From positions 99,905-163,904 of the forward strand of contig CAWDLS010000002.1 in assembly GCA_963803275.1 (NCBI GenBank): a DNA stretch of 64,000 bases, written 5' to 3'. This DNA comes from an uncultured Gammaproteobacteria bacterium (GTDB taxonomy: Bacteria > Pseudomonadota > Gammaproteobacteria > UBA9214). The notes beneath the pieces are model-generated. The model was not told where the DNA came from, made no database searches, and saw nothing but the letters and a program-made list of their open reading frames with translations. Positions 1 through 10,282 of this stretch are shown here, in pieces (the first letter of the stretch is position 1; each line of letters opens with the position of its first letter). The position numbers and the translations under genes were made by a program.

Positions 1-207
1 CAGGGTTTCCTGCTCGTAGGACATGTAATCCTTGACGACCTCGACCAGGTTCGGAATCAGGTCATGACGGCGCTTGAGCTGAACATCGATCTGGCGCCAG
101 GCATTCTGCACCTGGTTCTTCAGGCCCACCATCCTGTTGTAAAGCAGGACACCCCAGAGCGGGATGGCGACGACAAGTGCAAGAATTACCCAGCCGATGT
201 TTCCCAT
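1..207 (-). CDS. LemA family protein (N-terminal 69 aa; remainder outside window)
   Basis: Minus-strand ORF from ATG at 207-205 preceded by GGAGA RBS; translation [56 protein letters not shown] matches the LemA N-terminal TM helix plus conserved [17 protein letters not shown] motif. Confidence 0.8.
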   Translation of the reverse strand, partial: MGNIGWVILALVVAIPLWGVLLYNRMVGLKNQVQNAWRQIDVQLKRRHDLIPNLVEVVKDYMSYEQETL

Positions 208-335
208 GATGATCTCCTTAAGCAATCGTCAAGCGGAACGTGATGCGTGAAAACTGAAAACGTGAATGGTGGACAGGTAAATTGTATCCGGTTGGATCCA
301 GGCCGTCAGTCAACCTGTCCACATAGCTTCTCACT

Positions 336-1619
336 TCACGTTTCACGTGCCAGCGCACGATAGCCGATGTCGGTACGATAATAAACATCCGGCCAGTGTA
401 TCTGCCTGACACAGGCATAGGCCTGTCGCTGCGCCTCGGCGATGTCTGCACCCAGCGCACAGACGCACAGTACGCGCCCGCCGCTGGTCTTCACGACATC
501 GCCGTCCGCCACCGTTCCGGCATGAAATACCTTGCATGGCGTGTCGTCAGCCTGCGGCAAACCCTCAATGATATCGCCCCTGCGGTAGCTGTCCGGATAG
601 CCACCCGCGGCCATCACCACACCAAGCGCGGCACGTTCGTCCCACTCGGCCTCGACCGTGTCGAGCCGGCCTTCCAGCGCGGTGCGGCACAGTGCCACCA
701 GGTCCGAGCGCAGGCGGCACATGACGGGCTGGGTCTCGGGGTCACCGAAGCGCACGTTGAATTCCAGCACCTTCGGTACCCCGTCCGGGCCGATCATGAG
801 GCCGGCGTAAAGAAACCCGGTGAACGCGTTGCCTTCCGCCGCCATGCCGCGGATGGCCGGCAACATCACCTGCTGCATGATCCGATCGTGAAGCTCCGGT
901 GTCACGACCGGCGCCGGTGAACAGGCACCCATGCCGCCGGTATTGGGCCCGGTGTCACCGTCGCCACGTGCCTTGTGATCCTGCGAGGTGGCCAGCGGCA
1001 GGCAATGCTCACCATCCACCATGGCGATGAAACTCGCCTCCTCGCCCTGCAGGAACTCCTCGATGACGACGCGGTGACCGGCCTCGCCAAAGACGTTGCC
1101 GGAGAGCATGTCGCGCACGGCCGCTATGGCTTCCGCCTCGGTCTGTGCCAGTATCACGCCCTTGCCGGCGGCCAGACCGTCGGCCTTGACAACGATCGGA
1201 GTGCCCCGGGCACGCAGGTAGTCGCCGGCCGCGGCCGCCTCGGTGAAGGCGGCATACGCCGCCGTGGGTATGCCGTGGCGCCGGAGAAAATCCTTGGCGA
1301 AGGTCTTTGAACCTTCCAGCTGTGCGGCTGCCCGGGTCGGGCCAAAACACTTCAGGCCGACCGCCTGGAAGCGATCGACAACACCCGCAACCAGCGGCAC
1401 CTCGGGCCCGACGATGGTCAACCCGACGTCACGGGACTGAGCCAGCGCGATCAGTGCATCGATGTTCGTGACATCGACTGCAACATTTTCAACACCGGGT
1501 TCGAGCGCCGTCCCGGCATTGCCCGGGGCAACCAGCACGGTATCTGCGAGCGGTGACTGCGCGGCCTTCCACGCCAGCGCATGCTCGCGCCCGCCATTAC
1601 CGATGATCAGGATATTCAT
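336..1619 (-). CDS. purD: phosphoribosylamine--glycine ligase (GAR synthetase)
   Basis: 440-aa ORF; MNILIIGNGGREHALAWK N-terminus and ATP-grasp motifs typical of PurD; start taken at internal MNILIIG (ATG 1619). Confidence 0.9.
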   Translation of the reverse strand: MNILIIGNGGREHALAWKAAQSPLADTVLVAPGNAGTALEPGVENVAVDVTNIDALIALAQSRDVGLTIVGPEVPLVAGVVDRFQAVGLKCFGPTRAAAQLEGSKTFAKDFLRRHGIPTAAYAAFTEAAAAGDYLRARGTPIVVKADGLAAGKGVILAQTEAEAIAAVRDMLSGNVFGEAGHRVVIEEFLQGEEASFIAMVDGEHCLPLATSQDHKARGDGDTGPNTGGMGACSPAPVVTPELHDRIMQQVMLPAIRGMAAEGNAFTGFLYAGLMIGPDGVPKVLEFNVRFGDPETQPVMCRLRSDLVALCRTALEGRLDTVEAEWDERAALGVVMAAGGYPDSYRRGDIIEGLPQADDTPCKVFHAGTVADGDVVKTSGGRVLCVCALGADIAEAQRQAYACVRQIHWPDVYYRTDIGYRALARET

Positions 1620-1641
1620 GTTTATTGCCTTACCACGATTT

Positions 1642-1878
1642 ATGGCCACGGAATCCACGGAAGAACACGGAAAAATCCTGTATTAACAATTGCCACGGAA
1701 CCATACGGAAATACACGGAAGAAGAAATCTGTTATCGCATCGCGTAAAAAAATGCCTGAATACGTCTATCTGCAGGGGCATTTTACGCACCTGCAGGTTG
1801 ATTGAAGCCGCATTTGTCGGGTCATCTCCCGGGACAGGCAATAATTTTTCCGAGTTCTTCCGTGGATTCCGTGGCCAT
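1642..1878. mobile_element. MITE-like non-coding element bounded by perfect 25-bp terminal inverted repeats (ATGGCCACGGAATCCACGGAAGAAC)
   Basis: 1642-1666 is the exact reverse complement of 1854-1878; the 237-bp body has no ORF and carries an internal hairpin CTGCAGG-N13-CCTGCAG; sits between purH stop and purD start. Confidence 0.55.
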
Positions 1879-1894
1879 TATTTATATATCCGGT

Positions 1895-1917
1895 TTTTCG
1901 TGTAGTTCCGTGGCTAC
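1895..1917. repeat. solo degenerate TIR-like copy (TTTTTCGTGTAGTTCCGTGGCTAC)
   Basis: Same TTCCGTG...TTCCGTGGC unit as the TIRs of the neighbouring element. Confidence 0.35.
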
Positions 1918-1939
1918 TAGCTGTTCACGCCTCCCGCCA

Positions 1940-3502
1940 TCAGTGCCGGAAATGCCGCATGCCGGTGAACACCATCGCGATACCGTGCTCATCCGCGGCC
2001 GCGATCACCTCGTCATCACGCATCGAGCCGCCGGGTTGTATCACCGCCACGATACCCGCCTCCGCCGCCTGGTCGATTCCGTCGCGAAACGGGAAGAAGG
2101 CATCCGAGGCCATCACCGAACCCTGCACCTCGAGACCTTCGTCGGCCGCCTTGAGTGCGGCCACCCTGGCACTGTAGACGCGGCTCATCTGTCCGGCGCC
2201 GACCCCGATGGTCATGCCATCCCTGCAGTAGACGATGGCATTGGACTTGACGAACTTGCCGACGCGCCAGGCAAACAGCAGATCCTGCAGTTCATGCGCC
2301 GTCGGCGCACGCTGCGTGACAACCTTCAGGTCATCCGTACTGATCCGGCCCCGGTCGCGGTCCTGCACCAGCAGGCCGCCGTTGACACGCTTGAAGTCCA
2401 GCATGGGCACCGGCTCGTCCGTCCAGGCACCGCACTCCAGTACACGCACGTTCTTTTTTCCTGCCAGCACCGGCAGTGCGTCCGGGTCAACGACCGGTGC
2501 GATGATCACCTCGACAAACTGGCGCTCGATAATTGCGCGCGCGGTGGTTGTATCCAGCGGGCGGTTGAACGCAATGATGCCGCCGAACGCCGAGGTAGGA
2601 TCGGTCCGGAAGGCGCGATCATAGGCCTCGAGCGGATCGGACCCCAGGGCGACACCGCAGGGATTGGCATGCTTGACGATGACGCAGGCCGGCCCTTCGG
2701 TGAAGGACTTCACACATTCCAGCGCGGCATCGGTGTCCGCCATGTTATTGTAGGAAAGTTCCTTGCCCTGCAGCTGACGTGCCGTTGCGACCGAGGCCTC
2801 GCGCGGTGCCTGTTCGACATAGAAAGCGGCACGCTGGTGCGGATTCTCGCCGTAACGCATGGCCTGGGCCCGGCGGAACTGCAGGTTCAGGGTGTGCGGG
2901 AAATCGGCCCGCTCGCCGTCGGCATCGATCGCACCCAGGTAATTGGCGATGGCGCCATCGTAACGCGCCGTGTGCTCGAAGGCCTTTACGGCGAAGGTAT
3001 AACGCGTCGCCGGGGATACGGCATTACCGTTGGCGCGCAGCTCATCGAGCAGGAGCGGATAATCGGCACTGTCGACCACGACGGTGACCGCGGCATGGTT
3101 CTTGGCGGCAGCGCGCAACAGTGTCGGGCCGCCTATATCGATATTCTCGATCGCCGTCTGAAGGTCGCAGTCCGGACGCGCCACGGTCTGCTCGAACGGG
3201 TACAGATTCACCACCACCAGGTCGATGGGCACGATACCGTTGTCAGCCATGACCGCCTCGTCGGTGCCACGGCGCCCCAGAATACCGCCGTGGATCTTCG
3301 GATGCAGTGTCTTGACACGTCCGTCCATCATCTCCGGAAAACCGGTGAAGTCGGACACCTCGATGACGGGCACGCCCGCGCCGGTCAGCAGCCGCGCGGT
3401 TCCGCCGGTAGACAGTATCTCCACACCCAGTGCGTTCAGATCACGTGCAAGGTCGGCGATGCCGGTCTTGTCTGAAACACTGATAAGCGCACGCGCGATC
3501 AA
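1940..3502 (-). CDS. purH: bifunctional AICAR transformylase / IMP cyclohydrolase
   Basis: 520-aa ORF; MGS-like N-domain (SVSDKTGI...) and AICARFT domain; conserved position between fis and purD. Confidence 0.92.
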   Translation of the reverse strand: MIARALISVSDKTGIADLARDLNALGVEILSTGGTARLLTGAGVPVIEVSDFTGFPEMMDGRVKTLHPKIHGGILGRRGTDEAVMADNGIVPIDLVVVNLYPFEQTVARPDCDLQTAIENIDIGGPTLLRAAAKNHAAVTVVVDSADYPLLLDELRANGNAVSPATRYTFAVKAFEHTARYDGAIANYLGAIDADGERADFPHTLNLQFRRAQAMRYGENPHQRAAFYVEQAPREASVATARQLQGKELSYNNMADTDAALECVKSFTEGPACVIVKHANPCGVALGSDPLEAYDRAFRTDPTSAFGGIIAFNRPLDTTTARAIIERQFVEVIIAPVVDPDALPVLAGKKNVRVLECGAWTDEPVPMLDFKRVNGGLLVQDRDRGRISTDDLKVVTQRAPTAHELQDLLFAWRVGKFVKSNAIVYCRDGMTIGVGAGQMSRVYSARVAALKAADEGLEVQGSVMASDAFFPFRDGIDQAAEAGIVAVIQPGGSMRDDEVIAAADEHGIAMVFTGMRHFRH

Positions 3503-3507
3503 GGCGT

Positions 3508-3765
3508 TCAGTGTTCCATGTTATATTGCTTGAGCTTCTTGCGCAGCGTGCCGCGACTGATCCCGAGCATTTCCGCGGCCTGGCTCTGGTTGCCATCCAC
3601 ATAGTTCATGACGACATTGAGCAGAGCCGGTTCCACCTCGTTGAGCACCACGTGATACAGGTCATTTACCTTGTGACCGTGCAGGTCACCCAGGTACAGC
3701 TCGATGGCCGAGGTCACGCTGCGGCGAATCGGCTGCTTGCGGCGTTCGCGCCGGTGCTGCACATT
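3508..3765 (-). CDS. fis: DNA-binding protein Fis
   Basis: 86-aa product [12 protein letters not shown]...[28 protein letters not shown] with the Fis C-terminal HTH; start overlaps dusB stop. Confidence 0.9.
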   Translation of the reverse strand, partial: NVQHRRERRKQPIRRSVTSAIELYLGDLHGHKVNDLYHVVLNEVEPALLNVVMNYVDGNQSQAAEMLGISRGTLRKKLKQYNMEH

Positions 3766-4751
3766 CATGCCGCCAGCCCCTGCCGGTCCGCGCACCGGGC
3801 AAAAAAGTCTTGCACGCAACGCAATTGCGTCGCAGCGGTTTCCAGCCGGTTGACCTGCTCGCGGAAGGCATTGCCCGCGCGCTGTCCCTTGCTGTACCAG
3901 GCAATATGCTTGCGTGCCACGCGCACGCCGGTGTACTCGCCATAGAAGGCATACAGGTTCTCGAGATGCGCGGTGAGTAAACAGCAGACTTCCGCCGGCC
4001 CGGGTTCCGGCAGGTACCGGCCGGTGCGTATGAAATGGTCGATCTCGCGAAAGATCCACGGCCGCCCCTGCGCCGCACGTCCAATCATGACGGCGTCGGC
4101 TCCGGTGTAGTCCAGCACGGCGACGGCCTGCTCCGGCGTGGTGATATCGCCGTTGGCGATGACCGGTATGGTTACCGAGGCCTTGATTGCGCGAGTCGTG
4201 TCATGCTCGGCCGTGCCACGAAATCCGCAGGCACGGGTACGGCCATGCACCGCCAGCGCACGGATTCCGGCCTGTTCGGCGATACGCGCCACGTACAGGC
4301 CGTTCCTGTGCCCGGCATCCCAGCCGGTGCGTATCTTCAGCGTCACCGGCACGTTCACGGCACGCACCACGGCGTCCAGGATACGGCCAACCAGCGGCTC
4401 GTCCTGCAGCAGGGCCGAACCGGCCATGACATGACAGACCTTCTTTGCAGGACACCCCATATTGATATCGATGATCCGGGCACCGTGATCCACATTGAAG
4501 CGAGCCGCCTCCGCCATCATGCGCGGATCGGCGCCGGCAATCTGCACCGACACGGGTTCAGTTTCCCCGCAGTGATCGATGCGGCGCCGCGTCTTGACGC
4601 TGCCCCACAGCAGAGCGCTGGAGGACACCATTTCCGAAACGGCCAGACCGGCACCCTGCGCGCGGCACAGCTGCCGGAACGGCCTATCAGTGACACCGGC
4701 CATCGGGGCCAGCACAAGTTTGTTGGGTAATTTGAAAGAACCTGTATTCAC
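3765..4751 (-). CDS. dusB: tRNA-dihydrouridine synthase B
   Basis: LAPMAGVTDRPFRQLC...IDINMGCPAKKV...GRAAQGRPWIFREI closely matches E. coli DusB; no in-frame ATG, so start placed at GTG 4751 (uncertain). Confidence 0.85.
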   Translation of the reverse strand: MNTGSFKLPNKLVLAPMAGVTDRPFRQLCRAQGAGLAVSEMVSSSALLWGSVKTRRRIDHCGETEPVSVQIAGADPRMMAEAARFNVDHGARIIDINMGCPAKKVCHVMAGSALLQDEPLVGRILDAVVRAVNVPVTLKIRTGWDAGHRNGLYVARIAEQAGIRALAVHGRTRACGFRGTAEHDTTRAIKASVTIPVIANGDITTPEQAVAVLDYTGADAVMIGRAAQGRPWIFREIDHFIRTGRYLPEPGPAEVCCLLTAHLENLYAFYGEYTGVRVARKHIAWYSKGQRAGNAFREQVNRLETAATQLRCVQDFFARCADRQGLAA

Positions 4752-4866
4752 CGGTGATACGACGTTTGATATGTCTGTTCTAATCCCGGAATTAAGGACG
4801 GGAGATAATACCCGCTTGCGTGAAGATGTAAAAGCGTTATAAAAAAATGTTTGAAAAATGCAGGCT
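4752..4866 (-). promoter_or_regulatory. probable dusB-fis promoter / leader region
   Basis: 115-bp AT-rich spacer upstream of dusB, downstream of the preceding convergent-free gene; inferred from position only. Confidence 0.3.
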
Positions 4867-5652
4867 TCAGAGAAACCCGAACTGGAACGAGACCGCCTTG
4901 TCGCCCGGGTCCTGCACTTCCAGTACAACCTGCACCGGCGTGTGCGACGGTAAACCGGCAGTGTAGTCGAAGTGCGCGTCGAGGTATTCCGATGGCCTGA
5001 AACGCCGCATGGCGACGGGATTGCCGTTGATATCGATAAAACTCACCTCGAAAACAGGATAGGGCTGGGTAAAATCGGCACGGTTCTCGAATGATGCATT
5101 GATCAGCAAGGCGCCTTCAGCCACCGGATGCTGGCGCACGTCGCGCTCGATCATGGCCAGTTGCGACAGGTCGACACGCAGTGGCAAATCGCAGCGCAGC
5201 AGCGTGCAGAATTGCTCAAGCGCCGGGCGCCAGCCAGGGTCGGCGGCGAGTGTGCCGCGGTTGAAATAGGTCCATTGCATGCCCAGCAGCGACAACAGCA
5301 CGACGATTGCCGAGATACTGAAAAAATCCCTGCCCTGCAGGGACTGTTGCTCCCAGGCCGAACCCGTCAGCGTAGGCGGTACGGCGGTGGCAGACAGTGC
5401 CGGTTCCTCGTCGATAGCGGCGCTCTCCTCAACATCGACGCCCCCCATGCGGGCGGCCTGGCTGTGCATCGCAAGGCTGCCGGCCGCGTCCACCGCCTTG
5501 CGTACCGCGACAAGGTTCTCATAGAGGTAATCGACTGCGTTGTACAGCTGCCGGCATTCGCCGCAGCGCACCCTGCCCGCCGCCTTGCTCAGCTGCGTAG
5601 CCGACACCTGGAAAACCACCGAGCAATTCGGGCAGTAGGTATACATGGGCAA
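4867..5652 (-). CDS. MJ0042-type zinc-ribbon + DUF3426 domain protein
   Basis: N-terminus MPMYTYCPNCSVVFQV...RCGECRQLY (CPxC...CxxC zinc ribbon), central Ala/Ser-rich linker, TM segment and C-terminal DUF3426-like domain. Confidence 0.65.
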   Translation of the reverse strand: MPMYTYCPNCSVVFQVSATQLSKAAGRVRCGECRQLYNAVDYLYENLVAVRKAVDAAGSLAMHSQAARMGGVDVEESAAIDEEPALSATAVPPTLTGSAWEQQSLQGRDFFSISAIVVLLSLLGMQWTYFNRGTLAADPGWRPALEQFCTLLRCDLPLRVDLSQLAMIERDVRQHPVAEGALLINASFENRADFTQPYPVFEVSFIDINGNPVAMRRFRPSEYLDAHFDYTAGLPSHTPVQVVLEVQDPGDKAVSFQFGFL

Positions 5653-5758
5653 GAGTGTACCTCAATAAACGTCCAGGGTTGAATGAACCGCTGCACCATC
5701 TCGCCCGTGATTAACGGCCATGGAATACAGGAGCACACGGAATAATGATTGAATAGAA

Positions 5759-6012
5759 ATGGCCACGGACACACACGGAAGCACACAGAAAAACACGGAA
5801 AAATGTTTTCAGGCTGCCATTGCGGGCTGGACCGCAGGCATGGCCGCTACGGGGCCGTCGGCAACTACGCCTGCTGTGCCAGGGGATCCTGCCGTTGCTG
5901 ACCGGATAGCGGCGGATGAAACCGGCAGCATTCAGTCATTATTGACAGATCGCAATTATCAAGTCTTTCTCTCCGTGTCCTTCCGTGTGCTTCCGTGTCC
6001 TTCCGTGGCCAT
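5759..6012. mobile_element. second MITE-like copy with imperfect inverted ends built from ATGGCCACGGA / TTCCGTG units
   Basis: Left end ATGGCCACGGACACACACGGAAGCACAC... and right end ...TCCGTGTGCTTCCGTGTCCTTCCGTGGCCAT are imperfect reverse complements; no ORF; between Zn-ribbon gene start and prmA stop. Confidence 0.5.
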
Positions 6013-6027
6013 TTTTTGTTCAGTCAT

Positions 6028-6050
6028 TTTTCCGTGTTTTTCCGTGGCCG
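6028..6050. repeat. solo TIR-like copy (TTTCCGTGTTTTTCCGTGGCCG)
   Basis: Same repeat unit immediately distal to the 5759-6012 element. Confidence 0.35.
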
Positions 6051-6072
6051 TTATTCTTGATCACACCGTGAC

Positions 6073-6954
6073 TCACGCCGCACGCCGTGTGCCCGCCAGC
6101 AGCACCCACTCTCCACGCTGCTGCGGTGGCTCGAAATCGATCCATGCCGCATAGGACGACCTGACGGCGTCGGCCTGTTCGTCGAGGATACCGGTCAGCA
6201 GGAGGGTGCCGCCGGGCCGCAGGTAACCGGCCAGTTCCGTGGCCAGTTCCTGCAGCGGATTGGCCAGTATATTGGCAATCACCAGGTCTACCGCTGCCGG
6301 GTCGAGGTCCGCCGGCGCGCCGACCCGGAAATCCGAAGCGACTCGGTTGATGCGTGCATTCCCGCGGGTAGACTCGAGTGCCATGGGATCAATGTCCGTA
6401 GCATACACGCGCCCGGCACCGAGCTTGCTCGCGGCAATCGCCAGGATGCCCGAGCCGCAACCATAGTCGATCACCTGCCGTCCGGCCGGGGGGTGACGGT
6501 CCAGCCATTCGAGACACAGGGCCGTGGTGGCATGGGTGCCGGTCCCGAAGGCGAACCCCGGGTCGAGCGTCACCACGACGGCATCGGTGTCCGGGCAGGT
6601 TTCGCCGGATGGACACACCCACAGGCGCTTGCCAAAACGCAACGGCCGGAACGTCTCCCGCCAGGTGGAGGACCAGTCACGGTCTTCCAGCACGGAGACC
6701 GACAGGCCCGGCAAGGGACCAGCCAGCGCGCTGCGCAGCGCCTGTTCGACGGCCTGCGCATCCACCGCCGCGGAAAACAACGCCACGACACGCGGGTTAC
6801 GCCACAGCGGCCGGGCGCCGGGTACCGGCTCGATAAGCCGTTCCCCGGCCGCATCCTGCAGCGTCACGGACTGCGCCCCGGCTTCTTCCAGGGCCGCCGT
6901 CACCGCCTCGACCTGTTCACGCAGTACATCGATCGAGAATTGCAGCCAGCTCAT
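6073..6954 (-). CDS. prmA: ribosomal protein L11 methyltransferase
   Basis: MSWLQFSIDV... N-terminus and VIDYGCGSGILAIAA SAM-binding motif; start taken at internal M (6954). Confidence 0.88.
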   Translation of the reverse strand: MSWLQFSIDVLREQVEAVTAALEEAGAQSVTLQDAAGERLIEPVPGARPLWRNPRVVALFSAAVDAQAVEQALRSALAGPLPGLSVSVLEDRDWSSTWRETFRPLRFGKRLWVCPSGETCPDTDAVVVTLDPGFAFGTGTHATTALCLEWLDRHPPAGRQVIDYGCGSGILAIAASKLGAGRVYATDIDPMALESTRGNARINRVASDFRVGAPADLDPAAVDLVIANILANPLQELATELAGYLRPGGTLLLTGILDEQADAVRSSYAAWIDFEPPQQRGEWVLLAGTRRAA

Positions 6955-7002
6955 CGGCGGTCGACAGGCAGACAGCATGCACGGCACATCACCGGCCTGC
7001 GG

Positions 7003-7500
7003 CTACCGGTCATTTTCGACGGGAAAATCGGCGAATGTGTCCCTGACGCGGCGCGAACTGTACAGGTAGCCTGTGATGACAATCGCCAGGCCTGCCTGCA
7101 CCCATCCCAGCAAGTGGATTCGAGTCAGGCTACCGGTCAGCAGGGGTGCAAAGACGATGGGAACATTCAGTATCGCTGCCGCGGCCAGCAGGTTCGCCCC
7201 GTTTTTCCAGAGTCTTCTCACAAGTACGCCAGCCCCGGGTTTTCTCTTTGAGAGTCCGTATAAAAATATCAGAACAGGCACTGCCGCCAGCAGTGCAACC
7301 AGCAGGGATAAGTCGTCCGGATACAGCAAATACCGCAGATTCTCGACATCCTTCACACCCGGCGCAACGTGACTCAGCATACGCGTGACCAGCAGGATTA
7401 TGAACGGACGCAGCAGGTAGAGCATGACAAGCCACAGCTCGGCACTGGGCTTGAGGCAAAGGTATTTGTCATATTCAGTGAAATCGTAGAGTTTTGACAC
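7003..7500 (-). CDS. small inner-membrane protein (about 4 TM helices), hypothetical
   Basis: 165-aa ORF with hydrophobic segments LWLVMLYLLRPFIILLV / LLVALLAAVPVLIFLYGL / LLAAAAILNVPIVFAPLL; no catalytic motif seen. Confidence 0.5.
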   Translation of the reverse strand: MSKLYDFTEYDKYLCLKPSAELWLVMLYLLRPFIILLVTRMLSHVAPGVKDVENLRYLLYPDDLSLLVALLAAVPVLIFLYGLSKRKPGAGVLVRRLWKNGANLLAAAAILNVPIVFAPLLTGSLTRIHLLGWVQAGLAIVITGYLYSSRRVRDTFADFPVENDR

Positions 7501-7590
7501 GCTGCACCTCTCCGGCGTAATTCAGCGAATCCGGATCAGCCCATGAAGCAGAGACACGCGAACCGTCGTGAATCCCGACCAGGCCGCACT

Positions 7591-8931
7591 CTACAGCCCG
7601 AGTTTCTTTTCCAGGTAATGGATGTCCGTCCCGCCGGCCATGAACGCCGCGTCCGTGACGATATCACGCTGCAGCTGCACGTTCGACTTGATGCCCTCGA
7701 TGACGATCTCGTTCAGCGCGACCCGCATCCGCGCCAGCGCCGAGGCGCGCGTCTCGCCGTGCGCGATCAGTTTGCCGATCATGGAATCATAGTAGGGCGG
7801 TACCCGGTAACCGTTGTAGATATGGGTATCCATGCGGATACCCGGCCCGCCCGGCGCATGGTAGTTGCTGATGGTGCCCGGTGACGGCATGAAGCTTTGC
7901 GGATCCTCCGCGTTGATGCGGCATTCAATGGCGTGGCCGCGCATCGTGATGTCCTTTTGCCGGTAGGAGAGGCCGTTGCCCGCCGCGATATAGAGCTGTT
8001 CCTTGACGATATCGACCCCGGTCACCATTTCCGTGACCGGGTGTTCCACCTGCACGCGGGTGTTCATCTCGATGAAATAGAACTCGCCGTTCTCGTACAG
8101 GAATTCAAAGGTACCGGCGCCGCGGTACTTGAGCTTCCTGCAGGCATCCGCGCAGCGCTGACCCATTTCCCTGCGCTGCTTCTCCGTGATACCCGGCGCC
8201 GGGGCTTCCTCCACCACCTTCTGGTGCCGGCGCTGCATGGAACAGTCGCGCTCGCCGAGGTGAATGGCATCACCCGCACCGTCACCCAGCACCTGGAACT
8301 CGACATGGCGCGGTGTTTGCAGGAATTTCTCCATGTAGACGACGTCATTGCTGAATGCGTTCTTCGCCTCGGTGCGGGTCAGGGAGATCGCGCCCAGCAG
8401 TGCCGCCTCGGCGTGTACCACTCGCATACCGCGCCCGCCACCACCACCGGCGGCCTTGATGATGATCGGATAGCCAATCCCGCGTGCCATCTTCAGGTTG
8501 GCATCATCGTCGTCTCCCAGCGACCCGTCCGAGCCGGGGACACAGGGCACACCGGCCTCCTGCATGGCACGGATGGCGGCGACCTTGTCACCCATGATGC
8601 GGATCGTTTCAGGGCGTGGCCCGATGAAGATGAAACCGCTGCGCTCGACCTGCTCGGCGAAGTCGTCGTTTTCGGAAAGAAAGCCGTAGCCGGGATGGAT
8701 CGCACCGGCATCGGTCACCTCGGCGGCACTGATGATGGCCGGGATGTTCAGGTAACTGTCCGAGGACTGGGGCGGACCGATACAGACGCTTTCGTCCGCC
8801 AGCAGCACGTGCTTGAGGTCGCGGTCCGCGCTGGAATGTACGGCCACGGTGCTGATGCCCAGCTCGTGGCACGAACGCAGTATGCGCAGGGCAATCTCGC
8901 CCCGGTTGGCTATGACGACCTTCTTCAGCAT
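7591..8931 (-). CDS. accC: acetyl-CoA carboxylase biotin carboxylase subunit
   Basis: [19 protein letters not shown]... plus ATP-grasp motifs; ATG at 8931 shares a base with accB stop. Confidence 0.93.
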   Translation of the reverse strand: MLKKVVIANRGEIALRILRSCHELGISTVAVHSSADRDLKHVLLADESVCIGPPQSSDSYLNIPAIISAAEVTDAGAIHPGYGFLSENDDFAEQVERSGFIFIGPRPETIRIMGDKVAAIRAMQEAGVPCVPGSDGSLGDDDDANLKMARGIGYPIIIKAAGGGGGRGMRVVHAEAALLGAISLTRTEAKNAFSNDVVYMEKFLQTPRHVEFQVLGDGAGDAIHLGERDCSMQRRHQKVVEEAPAPGITEKQRREMGQRCADACRKLKYRGAGTFEFLYENGEFYFIEMNTRVQVEHPVTEMVTGVDIVKEQLYIAAGNGLSYRQKDITMRGHAIECRINAEDPQSFMPSPGTISNYHAPGGPGIRMDTHIYNGYRVPPYYDSMIGKLIAHGETRASALARMRVALNEIVIEGIKSNVQLQRDIVTDAAFMAGGTDIHYLEKKLGL

Positions 8932-9383
8932 CAAGTGATCACAAACAGGGGTTGCCCGTATTCCACGGGCTGGCCGTTATCTACGAGTATTGCGGAGACC
9001 TTGCCGGCCGCATCGGCCTCGATCTGGTTGAGCATCTTCATGGCCTCGATGATACACAGGGTATCGCCCACACCGACTGTCTGGCCAAGGTCGACAAACG
9101 GCTTGGCGCCGGGAGATGGCGCCGCGTAGAACGTGCCGACCATCGGCGAGGTGACAGAGTGCCCGGCAGGCGCAGCGGGTTCTGCCGGCGCATCCTGTGC
9201 TGGTGCCGGTGCGGGCGCCGGTGCCGTCATCACGGCGTATGACGGATAGTACCCCGGCGGCGCCACGCCGGCCGTTCCGGGGCGACTGATGCGTACCGAC
9301 TCCTCGCCCTCGTGGATCTCGATCTCGGCGATATTCGACTCTTCCAGCAGCTCAATCAGTTTCTTGACCTTGCGAATGTCCAT
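8931..9383 (-). CDS. accB: acetyl-CoA carboxylase biotin carboxyl carrier protein
   Basis: [16 protein letters not shown]..., Pro/Ala linker, biotinylation motif [11 protein letters not shown]. Confidence 0.9.
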   Translation of the reverse strand: MDIRKVKKLIELLEESNIAEIEIHEGEESVRISRPGTAGVAPPGYYPSYAVMTAPAPAPAPAQDAPAEPAAPAGHSVTSPMVGTFYAAPSPGAKPFVDLGQTVGVGDTLCIIEAMKMLNQIEADAAGKVSAILVDNGQPVEYGQPLFVIT

Positions 9384-9516
9384 GTTAAAGCCCGAGTAGT
9401 TTCATATTGGGTGCGCTGTGCGCATATCGTACGGCGTTGAACGTTAAACCCTTCTCACTCCGGAAGCGGGGATTCAAAACATAATCAACGATCTTCGCTA
9501 TTGATATTGCCTGTTC

Positions 9517-9540
9517 TTGCGTGTGATTCGGTGGCCATTA
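9517..9540. repeat. degenerate solo copy of TTCCGTG...GGCCAT repeat (CTTGCGTGTGATTCGGTGGCCATT)
   Basis: Between aroQ stop and accB start; shares GTGTGATTC-GTGGCCATT with the TIR consensus. Confidence 0.3.
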
Positions 9541-9981
9541 TTTCTTTTCCAGATAGCGAACTGCCGCCTGCAAAGCCAGTTCATAGCCGATCGGACCCAG
9601 CCCCGAAATCACCCCGATCGCGATGTCCGAGAAGAACGACTGCTTCCTGAAGGCCTCGCGGGCATGGACATTGGAGAGGTGGACCTCGATAAAGGGGATA
9701 CCGACGGCTTGCAGGGCATCCCGCAAACCGATGCTGGTATGGGTCAGGGCGGCCGGGTTGATAATGATAAAATCAATACCTTGCGACGGCGCTTCCTGGA
9801 TCCTGCTGATCAGTTCGTGCTCGGCATTGCTCTGGAAACTGTTCAACGAGACACCGGCTTCATGTGCGTGGACCTGCAGGCCGGTAAGGATCTGATCCAG
9901 TGTTGTTGCGCCATAGTGCTCCGGCTCGCGCGTGCCCAGCAGGTTCAGGTTGGGGCCGTTGATTACGAGGATACCCGGCAT
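9538..9981 (-). CDS. aroQ: type II 3-dehydroquinate dehydratase
   Basis: [24 protein letters not shown]...[18 protein letters not shown] is the canonical type II DHQase sequence. Confidence 0.9.
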   Translation of the reverse strand: MPGILVINGPNLNLLGTREPEHYGATTLDQILTGLQVHAHEAGVSLNSFQSNAEHELISRIQEAPSQGIDFIIINPAALTHTSIGLRDALQAVGIPFIEVHLSNVHAREAFRKQSFFSDIAIGVISGLGPIGYELALQAAVRYLEKK

Positions 9982-10201
9982 GATGGCGTTTCACGTGTTC
10001 CCTGGTGTTTTGTTGTTCTCAATAATTTTCAACATGTTATTAAATCCCGTGAGAACGGTGCAGATTTTAGCCAGATTGGGTAATTTTGTCCAGTTCGACG
10101 ATTTTCGGCCATAGAAACCGCATATTGCCGACAGTAACTGGATCGTTCATGTCAATCTGCCCACATCACCCGCGCAGGCCGGTGCGGGGGCAGCCTAACT
10201 A

Positions 10202-10234
10202 AAAAGCCCCGGCTGATACAGCCGGGGCTTTCTG
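10202..10234. terminator. rho-independent terminator (bidirectional), AAAAAGCCCCGGCTG-ATACA-GCCGGGGCTTTCT
   Basis: Perfect 10-bp GC-rich stem flanked by A-run and T-run, 50 bp downstream of the 10283-11215 gene. Confidence 0.6.
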
Positions 10235-10282
10235 GATCACCCCTGAGAGGCAAGTCGTAAACCGGTTAAACCAGTCCACACA

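Noticed and set aside
218-460. 80-aa minus-strand ORF between the LemA fragment and purD
   Set aside because: Overlaps the purD 3' end in another frame; Arg-rich, no RBS; the 130-bp purD-LemA spacer is more likely non-coding
1802-3475. 557-aa plus-strand ORF (and many other long ORFs antisense to purH, purD, accC, gsp genes, TPR genes)
   Set aside because: They lie antisense to strongly conserved genes; long antisense ORFs are expected at 64% GC; their translations are Arg/Ala/Gly-rich low-complexity with no motifs
1642-6062. The TTCCGTG repeat clusters as a CRISPR array
   Set aside because: Repeats are 7-8 bp units without regularly sized unique spacers, occur as inverted terminal pairs, and no cas genes are nearby; this does not fit CRISPR architecture
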